Positions 20,157-30,385 of a stretch of 64,000 nucleotides of DNA are shown here, piece by piece. Source of the DNA: Clostridia bacterium (GTDB taxonomy: Bacteria; Bacillota; DSM-521; Neomoorellales; Neomoorellaceae); NCBI GenBank assembly GCA_030154265.1, contig JASKKH010000001.1, positions 14,443 to 78,442 on the forward strand. Direction: 5' to 3'. The notes beneath the pieces were generated by a model that was not told the DNA's origin, did not search any database, and saw only the letters and a list, made by a program, of their open reading frames with translations. Position numbers and translations under genes: made by a program. How positions within the stretch are numbered: the first letter of the stretch is position 1; the number at the start of each line of letters is the position of its first letter.

Positions 20157-22068
20157 AAATCTCCTTGATATTTAGTTTCTGCCGTGTAAAACTTCTCCTG
20201 TTTTTTAACATATTTTGAACAGCTTTCTTAATACCACTGGAAGTCAACCCTAAATGCTCTCTTAATATTTTGGGTTTACCATGCTGGATAAATTCATCAC
20301 CAATACCTAACCTTTGAACTTTTACGTTTTCCCTGCCAGAGGAAGCAAGTAGTTCAAGAACAGCGCTGCCAAAACCACTTGCTAAAGAATGTTCCTCTAC
20401 AGTAATTAGGTGGCCAGTTTTATCTGCCCAGCTAAGAATTAAATCCTCATCTAATGGCTTTACAAAGCGTGGGTTGATAACTGCAGCTTCTATACCTTTA
20501 TCTGCTAATTCTTCAGCTGCCGTTAGAGCTTCGTAGACCAATGGGCCAAGTGCTAAAATAGTTACATCTTTACCCTGGCGCAATACTTCACCTTTTCCTA
20601 AGGGAACAGGTCTAGCTGTCCCTGTTAAGGGGACGCCAACACCTGCACCACGTGGGTAACGAAATGCAATGGGGCCATCGTATTGAAGTGCCGTGACCAA
20701 CATATGCCTTAGTTCCTGCTCATCTTTGGGTACCATAATCACCATACCCGGTACACATCGCAGGAACGATAAATCAAAAACTCCCTGGTGAGTTTCACCG
20801 TCTTCACCCACTAATCCAGCCCGATCAATGGCTAGAACCACAGGTAAGTCCATTAAAGCTATATCATGAATTATCTGATCAACTGACCGTTGTAAAAAAG
20901 TAGAATACATAGCTACAACTGGCTTAAGTCCGGTAGCTGCTAATCCTGCAGCCAAAGTTAAAGCATGGGGTTCGGCAATTCCTACATCATAAAAACGTTT
21001 GGGGAAACGTTTGGCAAAGGGAGTCAGGCCTGTCCCATCAGGCATTGCAGCAGTTATAGCAACAATCTCTTTGTTCTTTTCTCCCTGACGAACTAATTCG
21101 GCTCCAAATACAGAAGTAAATGTAGGTGGTCCCTCTTTGGGTGGTAACTCCCCTGTTTTTGGATCAAAGGGCCCAACACCGTGAAATTTGGCAGGTTCTA
21201 ACTCTGCTGGCCGGTAACCTTTCCCTTTGGTTGTTACAGCATGAACTAAAACGGGGCCCTTAGTATTTAACGCGTGTTTAAATACTTCCTGCAATTGTCC
21301 TATATTATGACCGTCTATTGGGCCTAGGTAAGTAAAACCTAGTTCCTCGAATAGCATGCCAGGAACCACTAAATATTTAAAACTATCTTTAATTCTATCA
21401 ATTATTTTTAAAACTCGACGCCCTACATGGGGTAATCGGTTAAGTAAACCTTCTATTTCTTCTTTGCCCCAAGAATACATAGGATCTGTGCGTAAACGAG
21501 ATAAATATGAAGCAAGCCCCCCAACAGGACCAGCAATGGACATTTCATTATCATTTAATACAACTATTAAATCAGTTTTAAGGTGCCCTGCATGGTTCAT
21601 AGCTTCAAAAGCCATGCCACCAGTCATAGCACCATCTCCAATAACAGCCACAACGTGATGATCTTCTCCTTTTAAGTCACGAGATAAAGCCATCCCTAAA
21701 GCAGCAGAAATAGATGTGCTGCTATGACCAGTGTCAAAGGCATCATAAGGACTTTCTGAGCGTTTGGGGAAACCGCTTAAACCCCCGTATTGGCGTAAAG
21801 TAGACATTTGTTCCCTTCGGCCCGTTAACATCTTATGGGTATAGCACTGATGCCCTACATCCCAGATAATTTTATCCTTAGAAAAATCAAATACACTGTG
21901 TAGAGCCAGTGTTAATTCAACAACCCCTAGATTTGGTGCTAAATGGCCACCTGTCTTAGATACATTTTGGATTAATTCTTGGCGTATTTCCCGAGCCAAC
22001 AATTCAAACTCATTTTGAGTCAACTTTTTTAAATCAGTTGGCTCTTTAATCATTTCCAACAGACTCAT
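20146..22068 (-). CDS. dxs: 1-deoxy-D-xylulose-5-phosphate synthase
   Basis: 640 aa with [17 protein letters not shown] motif [13 protein letters not shown]...NDN and a transketolase-like C-terminus. Confidence 0.95.
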   Translation of the reverse strand: MSLLEMIKEPTDLKKLTQNEFELLAREIRQELIQNVSKTGGHLAPNLGVVELTLALHSVFDFSKDKIIWDVGHQCYTHKMLTGRREQMSTLRQYGGLSGFPKRSESPYDAFDTGHSSTSISAALGMALSRDLKGEDHHVVAVIGDGAMTGGMAFEAMNHAGHLKTDLIVVLNDNEMSIAGPVGGLASYLSRLRTDPMYSWGKEEIEGLLNRLPHVGRRVLKIIDRIKDSFKYLVVPGMLFEELGFTYLGPIDGHNIGQLQEVFKHALNTKGPVLVHAVTTKGKGYRPAELEPAKFHGVGPFDPKTGELPPKEGPPTFTSVFGAELVRQGEKNKEIVAITAAMPDGTGLTPFAKRFPKRFYDVGIAEPHALTLAAGLAATGLKPVVAMYSTFLQRSVDQIIHDIALMDLPVVLAIDRAGLVGEDGETHQGVFDLSFLRCVPGMVIMVPKDEQELRHMLVTALQYDGPIAFRYPRGAGVGVPLTGTARPVPLGKGEVLRQGKDVTILALGPLVYEALTAAEELADKGIEAAVINPRFVKPLDEDLILSWADKTGHLITVEEHSLASGFGSAVLELLASSGRENVKVQRLGIGDEFIQHGKPKILREHLGLTSSGIKKAVQNMLKNRRSFTRQKLNIKEIYGG

Positions 22069-22658
22069 TGACGCCGTCCTTTCTTGGAGCCATTTTTATA
22101 GTTGAAAGGCTGTTTTCTAGTCAATTTTTCTATTCCGTACAAGACCCTTCCAACGAAAAACACAATCTCATTAGCTTCACGTAATGCAAAACTCTTACCG
22201 AAAGCCTTACCGCCAACTGTAAATGCTGCTATAATAGCAGTCATTAAAGTATGAATAAGTGGATCTATTGAACCGTGCTGGCCTATTAAACGTAGGATAA
22301 TAACAGCCCCAATGGCTCCACTTAATGTACCACTAGCATCTCCTACTACATCACTTGAGAAGCTAGCAACACGGTCAGCATTACGAATAAGTCCAATAGC
22401 CTGACGAGCACCTGGTATTTTTTTAGCCGCCCTTGCATGAAAGGGGGCTTCTTTTGCAACAGCCGTTGCCACCCCGATAATATCAAAGATAATGCCAGTT
22501 AATATAATTAAAATTAATAATATAAAAGACAATATAATTGAGGTTATTTCCCCCAAAAATATTTGAGAACCATAACCCGCAACTAAAGCTATAAAAAAAG
22601 TCCCCCCGCCCATGGTCAGAGCATTTATTAAGGAGGATCTGCTTTGTATTTTTGCCAA
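22065..22658 (-). CDS. oapA: OLE-associated membrane protein A
   Basis: 197 aa, about 4 TM helices, TTG start. Located between the structured RNA region and dxs, exactly where oapA lies in OLE-containing Firmicutes. Confidence 0.7.
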   Translation of the reverse strand: MAKIQSRSSLINALTMGGGTFFIALVAGYGSQIFLGEITSIILSFILLILIILTGIIFDIIGVATAVAKEAPFHARAAKKIPGARQAIGLIRNADRVASFSSDVVGDASGTLSGAIGAVIILRLIGQHGSIDPLIHTLMTAIIAAFTVGGKAFGKSFALREANEIVFFVGRVLYGIEKLTRKQPFNYKNGSKKGRRQ

Positions 22659-22689
22659 AGTTTTATTCTGCCTCCAATTGGCAAAATTT

Positions 22690-23325
22690 TAACTTTTGGC
22701 AAGTGGTAACTGACCAGATAAATGTTATGGCTTAGGTCCAGTAGGTTTTCCCAACACCCTACCATACGTCGCCGTTATGGCGGTTTCCCTTTAAAGGGTG
22801 CCCTGCGCCGTTGCCGGTAGCAGAACTGGATTACCACTTAGCACATACTTTAATCCCTGGTCAGCCTTACAAACTGTAAACACTCTAGGAGTTTTCCTCA
22901 ACAATAACATTCATCTTCTAGCCTCTTTTGCAATAGAGGTTTCGCTAAGTAACGGTTCCGGCCAACCGTATTAAATATTATATATTGCTTCCACCCCTAC
23001 CGCTCAAGGCCAGGCTACACTGCAGCCAGCGTATACCAACTGCAGGTTTCTACCCCAAGCCATAGTACTTACTCTTGCCGTAAAGCTTTCCCACGAACTT
23101 GGGTCTCCACGGTGGAAGGGTCAGTGTCTACATGCCATTGTAGGCTGCCCCCCACCTTAACTCCCAGTACCAACCCCCGACTGGGCGTCGGCAGCCAGCA
23201 CCAAGAACTTCATCGGTGTGCCCTTGACGGATTTTTAGGCCCGCCTTCAAAGATGATGTTATTGACTAGAATAATGCACCACTTGCCGAAAATAATATTC
23301 ATTATTAATATAAATTAGTGTGTTT
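22690..23325 (-). ncRNA. ole: OLE (ornate, large, extremophilic) RNA
   Basis: About 630 nt with no credible sense ORF. Visibly GC-richer than all neighbouring spacers and rich in complementary segments. Canonical synteny ispA-[RNA]-oapA-dxs. The ends are approximate. Confidence 0.75.
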
Positions 23326-23332
23326 ATGAAGT

Positions 23333-23361
23333 ATTATAAGATATTTATCAATAAACAGCAA
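23333..23361 (-). promoter_or_regulatory. Candidate sigma-A promoter in front of the OLE region
   Basis: Minus strand reads TTGCTG (23356-23361), 17-nt spacer, TATAAT (23333-23338). Confidence 0.45.
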
Positions 23362-23402
23362 GAACCTTAAAAGAACACCTTTGGTGGCCATAGACAATAT
23401 AA

Positions 23403-23440
23403 GCTGTTAAAAGGTAAGCATGATATGCTTACCCTTTTAG
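23403..23440 (-). terminator. Terminator-like hairpin after ispA
   Basis: aagg(g)taagcat / atgcttacctt stem with a 3-nt loop, followed by tttt-aac on the minus strand, about 25 nt after the ispA stop. Confidence 0.45.
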
Positions 23441-23463
23441 ACCTCCCCAAAACACCTTAAATC

Positions 23464-24342
23464 TTAGCCTTGCCGGTCTATAATATACTCAGTTAAAAGT
23501 TCTAATGGTTTAGCTTTTGAACCTAAATGCAAAATAAAACCCTTTGCTTCCTCACATAGTTCTCTTGCCTTTTTTTGGGCACCAGCTAAACCTAAGTAAG
23601 CGGGGTAAGTTGCTTTATTACGGGCAACATCCATACCGCTTTTTTTGCCCATCTCCTTAAAATCACCTTTTACATCTAAAATATCATCAGTGATTTGAAA
23701 AGCCAATCCTAGATTTTCACCATAACGCGTAAGTAAGTCTAGTTGTTCATCATTGGCTCCTCCAAGGATTGCCCCTAAACGTAAACAAACCCGAATAAGA
23801 CTTCCTGTCTTATGGGTATGTATGTACTTAACTGTATCAATTGTAACCTGTTTTCCTTCAGACTCAATATCAATTACCTGACCGCCAATCAGTCCTTGGC
23901 TGCCAGCAGCTTGAGATAATTCAGTTATTGATTGAATAACCCTACCAGGTTCAACTTTTACATTAGCAACAAGACCAAAAGCATGGGTAAGAAGAGCATC
24001 TCCCGCCAAAATTGCTATTGCTTCACCATAAACCTTATGACAGGTGGGTTTGCCTCGACGATAGTCATCGTCATCCATAGCTGGTAAGTCATCATGGATA
24101 AGAGAATAAGTATGAATAAACTCTACAGCACAGGCTGCTGGCAATAGAGGTTCTATAGGACTACCTACCGCTTCACCTGAAGCCAAAACCAAAATGGGTC
24201 TTAATCTCTTCCCACCAGCTAAAAGGCTGTAACGCATTGCTTGATGAATAACCGGAGGATAGTCATTGTCTTTTGGTAAACTTGTTTCCAAAGCTTTATT
24301 AATTAATTCCCGGTACTTTGTTAAATATTTATCAAGCTCCAT
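23464..24342 (-). CDS. ispA: Farnesyl diphosphate synthase
   Basis: FARM DDLPAMDDDDYRRG and SARM DDILD motifs. Start placed at MELDKYL (ATG 24342), which has GGAGGTGA 6 nt upstream. The longer ORF runs to 24375. Confidence 0.9.
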   Translation of the reverse strand: MELDKYLTKYRELINKALETSLPKDNDYPPVIHQAMRYSLLAGGKRLRPILVLASGEAVGSPIEPLLPAACAVEFIHTYSLIHDDLPAMDDDDYRRGKPTCHKVYGEAIAILAGDALLTHAFGLVANVKVEPGRVIQSITELSQAAGSQGLIGGQVIDIESEGKQVTIDTVKYIHTHKTGSLIRVCLRLGAILGGANDEQLDLLTRYGENLGLAFQITDDILDVKGDFKEMGKKSGMDVARNKATYPAYLGLAGAQKKARELCEEAKGFILHLGSKAKPLELLTEYIIDRQG

Positions 24343-24583
24343 CACCCTCACCTCCTGGTAAGGACATATGTTCAACCACTATCTCTCCGTTTTTAATGGA
24401 AAGTGCCTTTAACCTGCCTTCCGCTTCTTTAAGACGCTTACGACATAGACCTACCAATTTTATACCTTCTTGATAATAAGATAGTGAATCTTCCAAGGTT
24501 ACCCCTTCACTCTCAAGAATCCTGACAACTTCCTCTAACTTTTTTAAAGCCTCTTCAAAAGTTAACCGTTCCTCTTCAGGCAT
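24332..24583 (-). CDS. xseB: Exodeoxyribonuclease VII small subunit
   Basis: 83 aa with a helical XseB signature (FEEALKKLEEVVRILE). Follows xseA with an overlap. Confidence 0.88.
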   Translation of the reverse strand: MPEEERLTFEEALKKLEEVVRILESEGVTLEDSLSYYQEGIKLVGLCRKRLKEAEGRLKALSIKNGEIVVEHMSLPGGEGDGA

Positions 24584-25797
24584 AATTCTCCTCCTTCTAT
24601 ATCCTCAACCAGACATTTGAGGCAACCTTGTCTTAACAAAACTTCCACCTTTTCTCCTGGTAATACTTCATTGCTAAACTGTAAAGGAGGACCACCTTGG
24701 GGTCGTCGGCAAACAGCATAACCCCTATTTAGAACAGCCAAGGGGCTAACTGTCTCAAGACGAGCCGTCAGAAAAGCTAATGTTTTATCTAATTTATCAA
24801 CTCTATTTTTAAATGAAACTAAAAGGCGGTGTTCCAACCCATCTAAGTATTGTTGACGATAATATAACTCCTGTTGGGGCCGAGTCATGCCTCGGCTATT
24901 TACTAATCTTTCTAGTCGCTCTTTAGCAATTTGCAAGCGGTGTTCAGTTGCCTGTTTAGCTCTACTAGACAGTAAAGCCAGACGTTTTTCTAATTCTTCC
25001 CTTACCGGAACAACTATTTCTGCAGCAGCCGAAGGTGTAGGTGCACGTCTATCTGCAACCCGATCAGCTAATGTAACGTCCGTCTCATGACCAACTGCAG
25101 TAACCACCGGAACCCGGCTAGCATAAACAGCTCTTGCTACTACCTCGGTATTAAAAGCACTTAAGTCTTCAGCAGAGCCACCACCGCGACCAATAATAAT
25201 CACGTCAACGTCTTCTTGTTGGTTTAAAATTTCTAAAGCTATAGCCAATTCTTCTGGTGCCGTATCACCCTGAACAGATGAAGGTGCTAAGAGTAAACTT
25301 ATCCCTGGAAAACGCCGTCTGCTGACAGTCACTATATCGCGTAAGGCAGCGCCATGAGGAGAAGTAATTACCCCTACCCGACGAGGTAATAAAGGTAGAG
25401 GCCTTTTACGATCTTCAGCAAAAAGTCCTTCTTTTTCCAATCGGTCAGCTAATTCTTTAAGAGCTAAGCTGTTAATTCCAACCCCCGCAGAAAGAATTTC
25501 TTCTACATAAAGTTGATAAACTCCACCCCGTGGGTAAACAGCTACATAACCCCTTGCTATTACCTCAAGTCCATCCCTGATATTTAATAAAAGTTGCCGA
25601 CTACGGTTCTGAAACATTACACAACGCAAAGTTGCTGTTTTATCTTTTAATGTAAAATAGAGATGTCCAGAAGAAGGACAACGAAGATCCGATATTTCTC
25701 CCTTAACCCAGACATTTGCCAAACGACCATCGTTACTTAATAGATATTGTAAATAAGCGGTAAGTTCCCTTACCGCTACAACCTTTTGACCAATCAC
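24562..25797 (-). CDS. xseA: Exodeoxyribonuclease VII large subunit
   Basis: 411 aa with an OB-fold N-terminus (VWVKGEISD...HLYFTLKD), catalytic core (IIIGRGGGS) and a coiled-coil C-terminus. Confidence 0.92.
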   Translation of the reverse strand: MIGQKVVAVRELTAYLQYLLSNDGRLANVWVKGEISDLRCPSSGHLYFTLKDKTATLRCVMFQNRSRQLLLNIRDGLEVIARGYVAVYPRGGVYQLYVEEILSAGVGINSLALKELADRLEKEGLFAEDRKRPLPLLPRRVGVITSPHGAALRDIVTVSRRRFPGISLLLAPSSVQGDTAPEELAIALEILNQQEDVDVIIIGRGGGSAEDLSAFNTEVVARAVYASRVPVVTAVGHETDVTLADRVADRRAPTPSAAAEIVVPVREELEKRLALLSSRAKQATEHRLQIAKERLERLVNSRGMTRPQQELYYRQQYLDGLEHRLLVSFKNRVDKLDKTLAFLTARLETVSPLAVLNRGYAVCRRPQGGPPLQFSNEVLPGEKVEVLLRQGCLKCLVEDIEGGELCLKRNG

Positions 25798-26639
25798 TTA
25801 CGACTGGCCGCCTCAACCGTATTCTTAAGCAGCATAGCAATTGTCATGGGACCAACGCCACCTGGAACCGGAGTTATCCAGCTAGCCTTTTGAGCCGCAC
25901 TCTCAAAATGAACATCACCGACAAGTTTTTTTGGTGCGATACGGTTAATTCCAACATCAATAACTACTGCGCCTTCTTTTATCATATCCCCGGTAATCAT
26001 TTCAGGTTTACCCACGGCCGCTATGAGAATATCAGCCTGGCGACATTCCTCTGCCAAATTTTTAGTACGCGAATGGCAGATGGTTACCGTAGCATTATGT
26101 GATAAAAGCATCATGGCAACAGGTTTACCAACAATATTACTACGTCCAACAACCACTGCTTTTTTACCTGTTAGATCAATCCCTGCCTTTTCTAATAAAA
26201 CCATACAACCATAGGGCGTACAGGGATAAAAACATTTATCTCCAATAATCAAGTTACCTACATTAGCAGGGGTAAACCCATCAACGTCTTTTTCAATGGA
26301 AATAGCATCAATAACAGTTTTCTCATCAATACGATCAGGTAAAGGTAATTGAACTAAAATACCATGAATTTTAGGATCATTATTTAGTTTATCAATCAAA
26401 TTCAATAATTCTTCCTGGCTTGTTTCAGCCGGCAAACGATGGACTAATGAATAGATACCCACTTCTTCACAAGCACGATGCTTACCTCGGACATAAACTT
26501 CAGAAGCAGGATCATCTCCTACCAAAACAACTGCTAACCCCGGCGTAATTCCTCTTTCTTTTAATTTAAGAACTTCTTGTTTAACCTCATTACGTACTTC
26601 AGCAGCTATTTTTTTACCGTCAAGAATTTGAGCTGACAT
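25794..26639 (-). CDS. folD: Bifunctional methylenetetrahydrofolate dehydrogenase/cyclohydrolase
   Basis: [22 protein letters not shown] and PGGVGPMT motifs. ATG at 26639 has GAGGAGG 7 nt upstream. The ORF extends to TTG at 26645. Confidence 0.92.
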   Translation of the reverse strand: MSAQILDGKKIAAEVRNEVKQEVLKLKERGITPGLAVVLVGDDPASEVYVRGKHRACEEVGIYSLVHRLPAETSQEELLNLIDKLNNDPKIHGILVQLPLPDRIDEKTVIDAISIEKDVDGFTPANVGNLIIGDKCFYPCTPYGCMVLLEKAGIDLTGKKAVVVGRSNIVGKPVAMMLLSHNATVTICHSRTKNLAEECRQADILIAAVGKPEMITGDMIKEGAVVIDVGINRIAPKKLVGDVHFESAAQKASWITPVPGGVGPMTIAMLLKNTVEAASRK

Positions 26640-26702
26640 GAACAATCCTCCTCATTTCTATCTTTTATATATAACGTTTAATAATTTACTTCATCTAATA
26701 AA

Positions 26703-28106
26703 TTAATTCTTCTTCTCCTTCTTCTCACGCAAATAGGCATCAATGGATTGTGCTGCCTTTTTACCAGCACCCATGGCTAAAATAACAGTAGCAGCACCGG
26801 TTACAACATCACCACCAGCAAAAACCCCTTCCCTTGAAGTAGCAGTTTTATCATCAGTTATAATATTACCTCTTTCTTTTAGTTCCAAGCCTGGGGTAGT
26901 AGATGGAACCAAAGGATTGGGGCCTTGACCAATTGCAATAATCGCTGTATCTATTTCCATTTCGTATTCGGATCCGGGAATGGGGATGGGGCGACGTCTT
27001 CCACTGGCATCAGGTTCACCCAGTTCAAAACGCTGACATACCATTCCTTTAAGTTGACCCTTATCATCACCAATGAATTTTATTGGACTGGTAAGGAATA
27101 AGAATTTAACGCCTTCTTCTTCTGCATGCTCGACTTCTTCTTTTCTGGCTGGCATTTCTTCTGCTGAGCGACGATAGACAATATATGATTCCTCTGCTCC
27201 CAGGCGTAATGCTGTACGAGCAGCATCCATTGCTACATTACCAGCACCAATTACAGCTACTTTTTTACCAACATTAACAGGTGTCGCATATTCAGGATAT
27301 AGGTAACCTTTCATTAAATTAGTTCTTGTTAAAAACTCATTTGCCGAGTAAACACCATTGAGATTTTCTCCTTCTATACCCATAAAGTATGGCAATCCTG
27401 CACCTGTACTAATGAAAACAGCGTCATAACCTTCTTCTAACAACTCATCCACTGTTTTCATTTTACCTATAACTGAATTTGTTTTAATCTCTACACCTAA
27501 TTCACGTATTGTATCAATTTCTTTCTGAACAATTTCTTTAGGTAAACGAAATTCAGGAATACCATACATCAGAACGCCCCCGGGTACATGAAGGGCTTCA
27601 AAAACAGTTACCTCGTGACCCATTCTAGCTAAATCACCTGCAGCCGTTAGACCAGCAGGTCCAGAACCTATTACAGCAACCTTAAAACCTGTTGAGGGTG
27701 CCTTGTTAACTGTATTTACTTTATTATTTTTCAATTGGTAGTCAGCAAGAAAGCGTTCTAAGCGACCAATAGCTACAGCTTCATGCTTTCTACCAAGAGT
27801 ACAGTACTTTTCACATTGATTTTCCTGAGGACAAACACGACCACAAATAGCAGGTAAATTACTTTTCTCTTTTATCTTTGTAATTGCGCCTTCAAAATCT
27901 TTTTCTTTCATTTTATTGATAAATGCCGGGATATCGATACCCACTGGACAACCCTTAGTACAGGGGGCACTTTTACAATTAAGACAACGTTCTGCTTCTT
28001 TTAAAGCCAGTTCTTCTGTATATCCCAGGGCCACTTCTTTAAAATTACAAACTCGCTCTTGTGGTTCTTGAGATGGCATGGGATTTTTCTTAGGGATTAA
28101 TGGCAT
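26703..28106 (-). CDS. nfnB: NfnB-like / GltD-like NADPH-dependent oxidoreductase, large subunit
   Basis: 467 aa with two N-terminal Cys clusters (CLNCKSAPCTKGCP, CGRVCPQENQCEKYC) and two Rossmann folds (VIGSGPAGL, VIGAGNVAMD). Overlaps its PyrK-like partner. Confidence 0.7.
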   Translation of the reverse strand: MPLIPKKNPMPSQEPQERVCNFKEVALGYTEELALKEAERCLNCKSAPCTKGCPVGIDIPAFINKMKEKDFEGAITKIKEKSNLPAICGRVCPQENQCEKYCTLGRKHEAVAIGRLERFLADYQLKNNKVNTVNKAPSTGFKVAVIGSGPAGLTAAGDLARMGHEVTVFEALHVPGGVLMYGIPEFRLPKEIVQKEIDTIRELGVEIKTNSVIGKMKTVDELLEEGYDAVFISTGAGLPYFMGIEGENLNGVYSANEFLTRTNLMKGYLYPEYATPVNVGKKVAVIGAGNVAMDAARTALRLGAEESYIVYRRSAEEMPARKEEVEHAEEEGVKFLFLTSPIKFIGDDKGQLKGMVCQRFELGEPDASGRRRPIPIPGSEYEMEIDTAIIAIGQGPNPLVPSTTPGLELKERGNIITDDKTATSREGVFAGGDVVTGAATVILAMGAGKKAAQSIDAYLREKKEKKN

Positions 28107-28939
28107 CTACAACCACATCCTTTATGATGATGTTTGATAATTTCTTGTTCTTTATCTTTGTACATATTCATCCGCCTCATGGCCGTTTGCCAGTCAACTT
28201 GATGCCCGTCAAATTCGGGTCCATCAACACAGGCAAATTTAGTTTCACCACCAACACTGACTCGACATGCACCACACATACCAGTACCATCAACCATAAT
28301 AGGATTCATACTTACAATGGTCTTAACGTTAAAAGGCCGAGTGGTTTCGCAAACTGCCTTCATCATAACCATTGGGCCAATTGCCCAAATCCGTGCAACA
28401 TCTTTTTTCTCCTCTAGTTTCTGCTTTAATAAATCCGTCACAAAACCTTTATGCCCATAGCTTCCATCGTCTGTAGCAATGAGTAATTCGTCGGAAACAG
28501 CTTGCATCTCTTTTTCCAGGATAAGTAATTCTTTATTACGAGCACCTATAATAGAAATAACCTTATTCCCGGCTTCCTTAAGTGCTTTTGCTATGGGATA
28601 AACAGGTGCTACACCAACACCACCACCCACGCAAATAACCTCTCCATAATTTTCAATCTCTGTAGCCTGTCCCAGCGGACCAACAAAATCAAGTATACTA
28701 TCACCTTCTTCAAGGCGACCCAAACACTCAGTAGTATAGCCTACTTCTTGAAAGATGATAGTGACAGTACCCTTAGACCTGTCAAAATCGGCAATGGTTA
28801 AGGGAATCCGTTCCCCTTCTTCATTTAATCGAAGAATAATAAATTGACCCGCCTGGGCCTTGGCTGCAACTTCAGGGGCTTTAATATCCAGAAGTTTAAT
28901 TGCAGGTGACATTACTTCTTTTCGTACAATTTCGTACAC
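28097..28939 (-). CDS. nfnA: NfnA-like ferredoxin-NADP reductase-type small subunit (FAD, 2Fe-2S)
   Basis: 280 aa with a PyrK/FNR-like fold and a C-terminal cluster motif DGTGMCGACRV...FACVDGPEF. GTG start with a GGGAGG Shine-Dalgarno. Confidence 0.7.
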   Translation of the reverse strand: MYEIVRKEVMSPAIKLLDIKAPEVAAKAQAGQFIILRLNEEGERIPLTIADFDRSKGTVTIIFQEVGYTTECLGRLEEGDSILDFVGPLGQATEIENYGEVICVGGGVGVAPVYPIAKALKEAGNKVISIIGARNKELLILEKEMQAVSDELLIATDDGSYGHKGFVTDLLKQKLEEKKDVARIWAIGPMVMMKAVCETTRPFNVKTIVSMNPIMVDGTGMCGACRVSVGGETKFACVDGPEFDGHQVDWQTAMRRMNMYKDKEQEIIKHHHKGCGCRCH

Positions 28940-29030
28940 TATTTTGCTACCTCCCTAAAAATAAAAAAGGCTTTTTTTAAAACTATTTAATGGTTCAGTA
29001 TAAAATAACTGCTAAAAGTCTTAACAATAT

Positions 29031-29090
29031 CAATTCGTTACCAAAATCTATATCCCTCATCAATTCGTTACCAGAATCTATATTCCTCCT
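29031..29090. repeat. 30-bp tandem direct repeat (2 copies, 27/30 identical) in a divergent promoter region
   Basis: caattcgttaccaaaatctatatccctcat (29031-29060) and caattcgttaccagaatctatattcctcct (29061-29090). Confidence 0.9.
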
Positions 29091-29126
29091 AAAACATCAA
29101 AAAACAACAATGACCTATAACATCCC

Positions 29127-29155
29127 TTGACCAGTACTTCCCAAAGAATTAAGAT
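29127..29155 (+). promoter_or_regulatory. Candidate sigma-A promoter of the MFS transporter gene
   Basis: TTGACC (29127-29132), 17-nt spacer, TAAGAT (29150-29155), about 18 nt upstream of the TTG start and its GGAGG Shine-Dalgarno. Confidence 0.4.
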
Positions 29156-29172
29156 AAAGTAAGACTGGAGGC

Positions 29173-30366
29173 TTGAAAACTTTGCAAAAACTGATTCTTT
29201 ATTTATTAAGTTTTGGTCATGCGGTTACTGATGTAAATCAGGGCGTTCTTCCTATTTTATTACCTTTCTTTCAAGATAAATTTGGACTTTCATACTTTCT
29301 TACCAGCGCAATTGTAACTTTATCAAATATCAGTTCTTCCATTATCCAACCGCTCTTTGGCTATTGGTCAGATAAGCGGCAAATCCGCTGGTTACTACCT
29401 TCAGGTTGCCTGTTAGCAGGTTTGGGAATGGCTGCAGCAGGATATGCAACTAACTATTATCTTTTACTAGCTGCTGTCTTTATAAGCGGAGTAGGTGTAG
29501 CATCTTATCACCCGGAGGCATCAAAATCAGCTCACTTTGTCAGTGGACCAATGCAGGCTAGCTCAATGTCAATCTTCTCTGTTGGTGGTAATATTGGTAT
29601 TGGCCTGGGGCCAATTTTTGCAAACTTTATATTAAACCACGGAGGGTTAAAATCAACCTGGATGCTTTTCGTCCCGACAGCAGCAACAGTTATTTTACTT
29701 ATTAAAATTTTACCTTGGTTAGACAGAGCAATTACAACTAAAAGCCATAGCAAAAAGAAACATAATAACGATAATAAAACTCAGAATATTAAATCTCCCT
29801 TGGCAGCTATTTCTTTACTTATCCTTGTTGTAGCTATGCGTTCCTGGTTACAAAATGGGTTAACCGTTTACATTCCAATGTACTATATGGATTATCTTCA
29901 TGGTGATGAGACTTTTGCTAGTACCATGCTCTCTATTTTTCTTGTCAGTGGAGCCATTGGCACCTTGATAGGTGGAAGATTAGCAGATTACTGGGGTGCC
30001 AAAAAAATGATAATAGCTACTATGATACTAATTACACCTTTAGTACTAATCTTCCCATATGTCCAGGGGGCATTAATTGTTCCATTACTAGCTCTTAGTG
30101 GATTTTTACTCGTATCTACCTTTGCCCCGGCTGTTGTTCTAGCTCAATCTTACATGCCGGAGCATGTGGGTATGGCTTCAGGTCTAAGTTTAGGGTTCGC
30201 TATCGGATTTGGTGGCTTAGGGTTAATGTTATTAGGTTCAATTGCTGATGCCCATGGAGTCCCTTTTGTTCTTCGCTTAATAGCTGTTATCCCTGCTATC
30301 ACAGCTGGATTAGCCTTTTTCCTGCCTAATCAGCAGCAGGAAGTTGCGATAAAAGCAAATCGTTAA
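29173..30366 (+). CDS. MFS transporter
   Basis: 397 aa, about 12 TM helices, with a charged central loop (KSHSKKKHNNDNK) splitting two 6-TM halves. Confidence 0.8.
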   Translation: MKTLQKLILYLLSFGHAVTDVNQGVLPILLPFFQDKFGLSYFLTSAIVTLSNISSSIIQPLFGYWSDKRQIRWLLPSGCLLAGLGMAAAGYATNYYLLLAAVFISGVGVASYHPEASKSAHFVSGPMQASSMSIFSVGGNIGIGLGPIFANFILNHGGLKSTWMLFVPTAATVILLIKILPWLDRAITTKSHSKKKHNNDNKTQNIKSPLAAISLLILVVAMRSWLQNGLTVYIPMYYMDYLHGDETFASTMLSIFLVSGAIGTLIGGRLADYWGAKKMIIATMILITPLVLIFPYVQGALIVPLLALSGFLLVSTFAPAVVLAQSYMPEHVGMASGLSLGFAIGFGGLGLMLLGSIADAHGVPFVLRLIAVIPAITAGLAFFLPNQQQEVAIKANR

Positions 30367-30385
30367 TTTAAGCCAAGCCAAATAC

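Noticed and set aside
23112-23318. 68-aa plus-strand ORF inside the ispA-oapA spacer
   Set aside because: It lies antisense within the GC-rich structured region called as OLE RNA. It has no Shine-Dalgarno and no family resemblance, and its Pro/Gly/Arg/Leu-rich composition is typical of a spurious ORF in GC-rich non-coding DNA.
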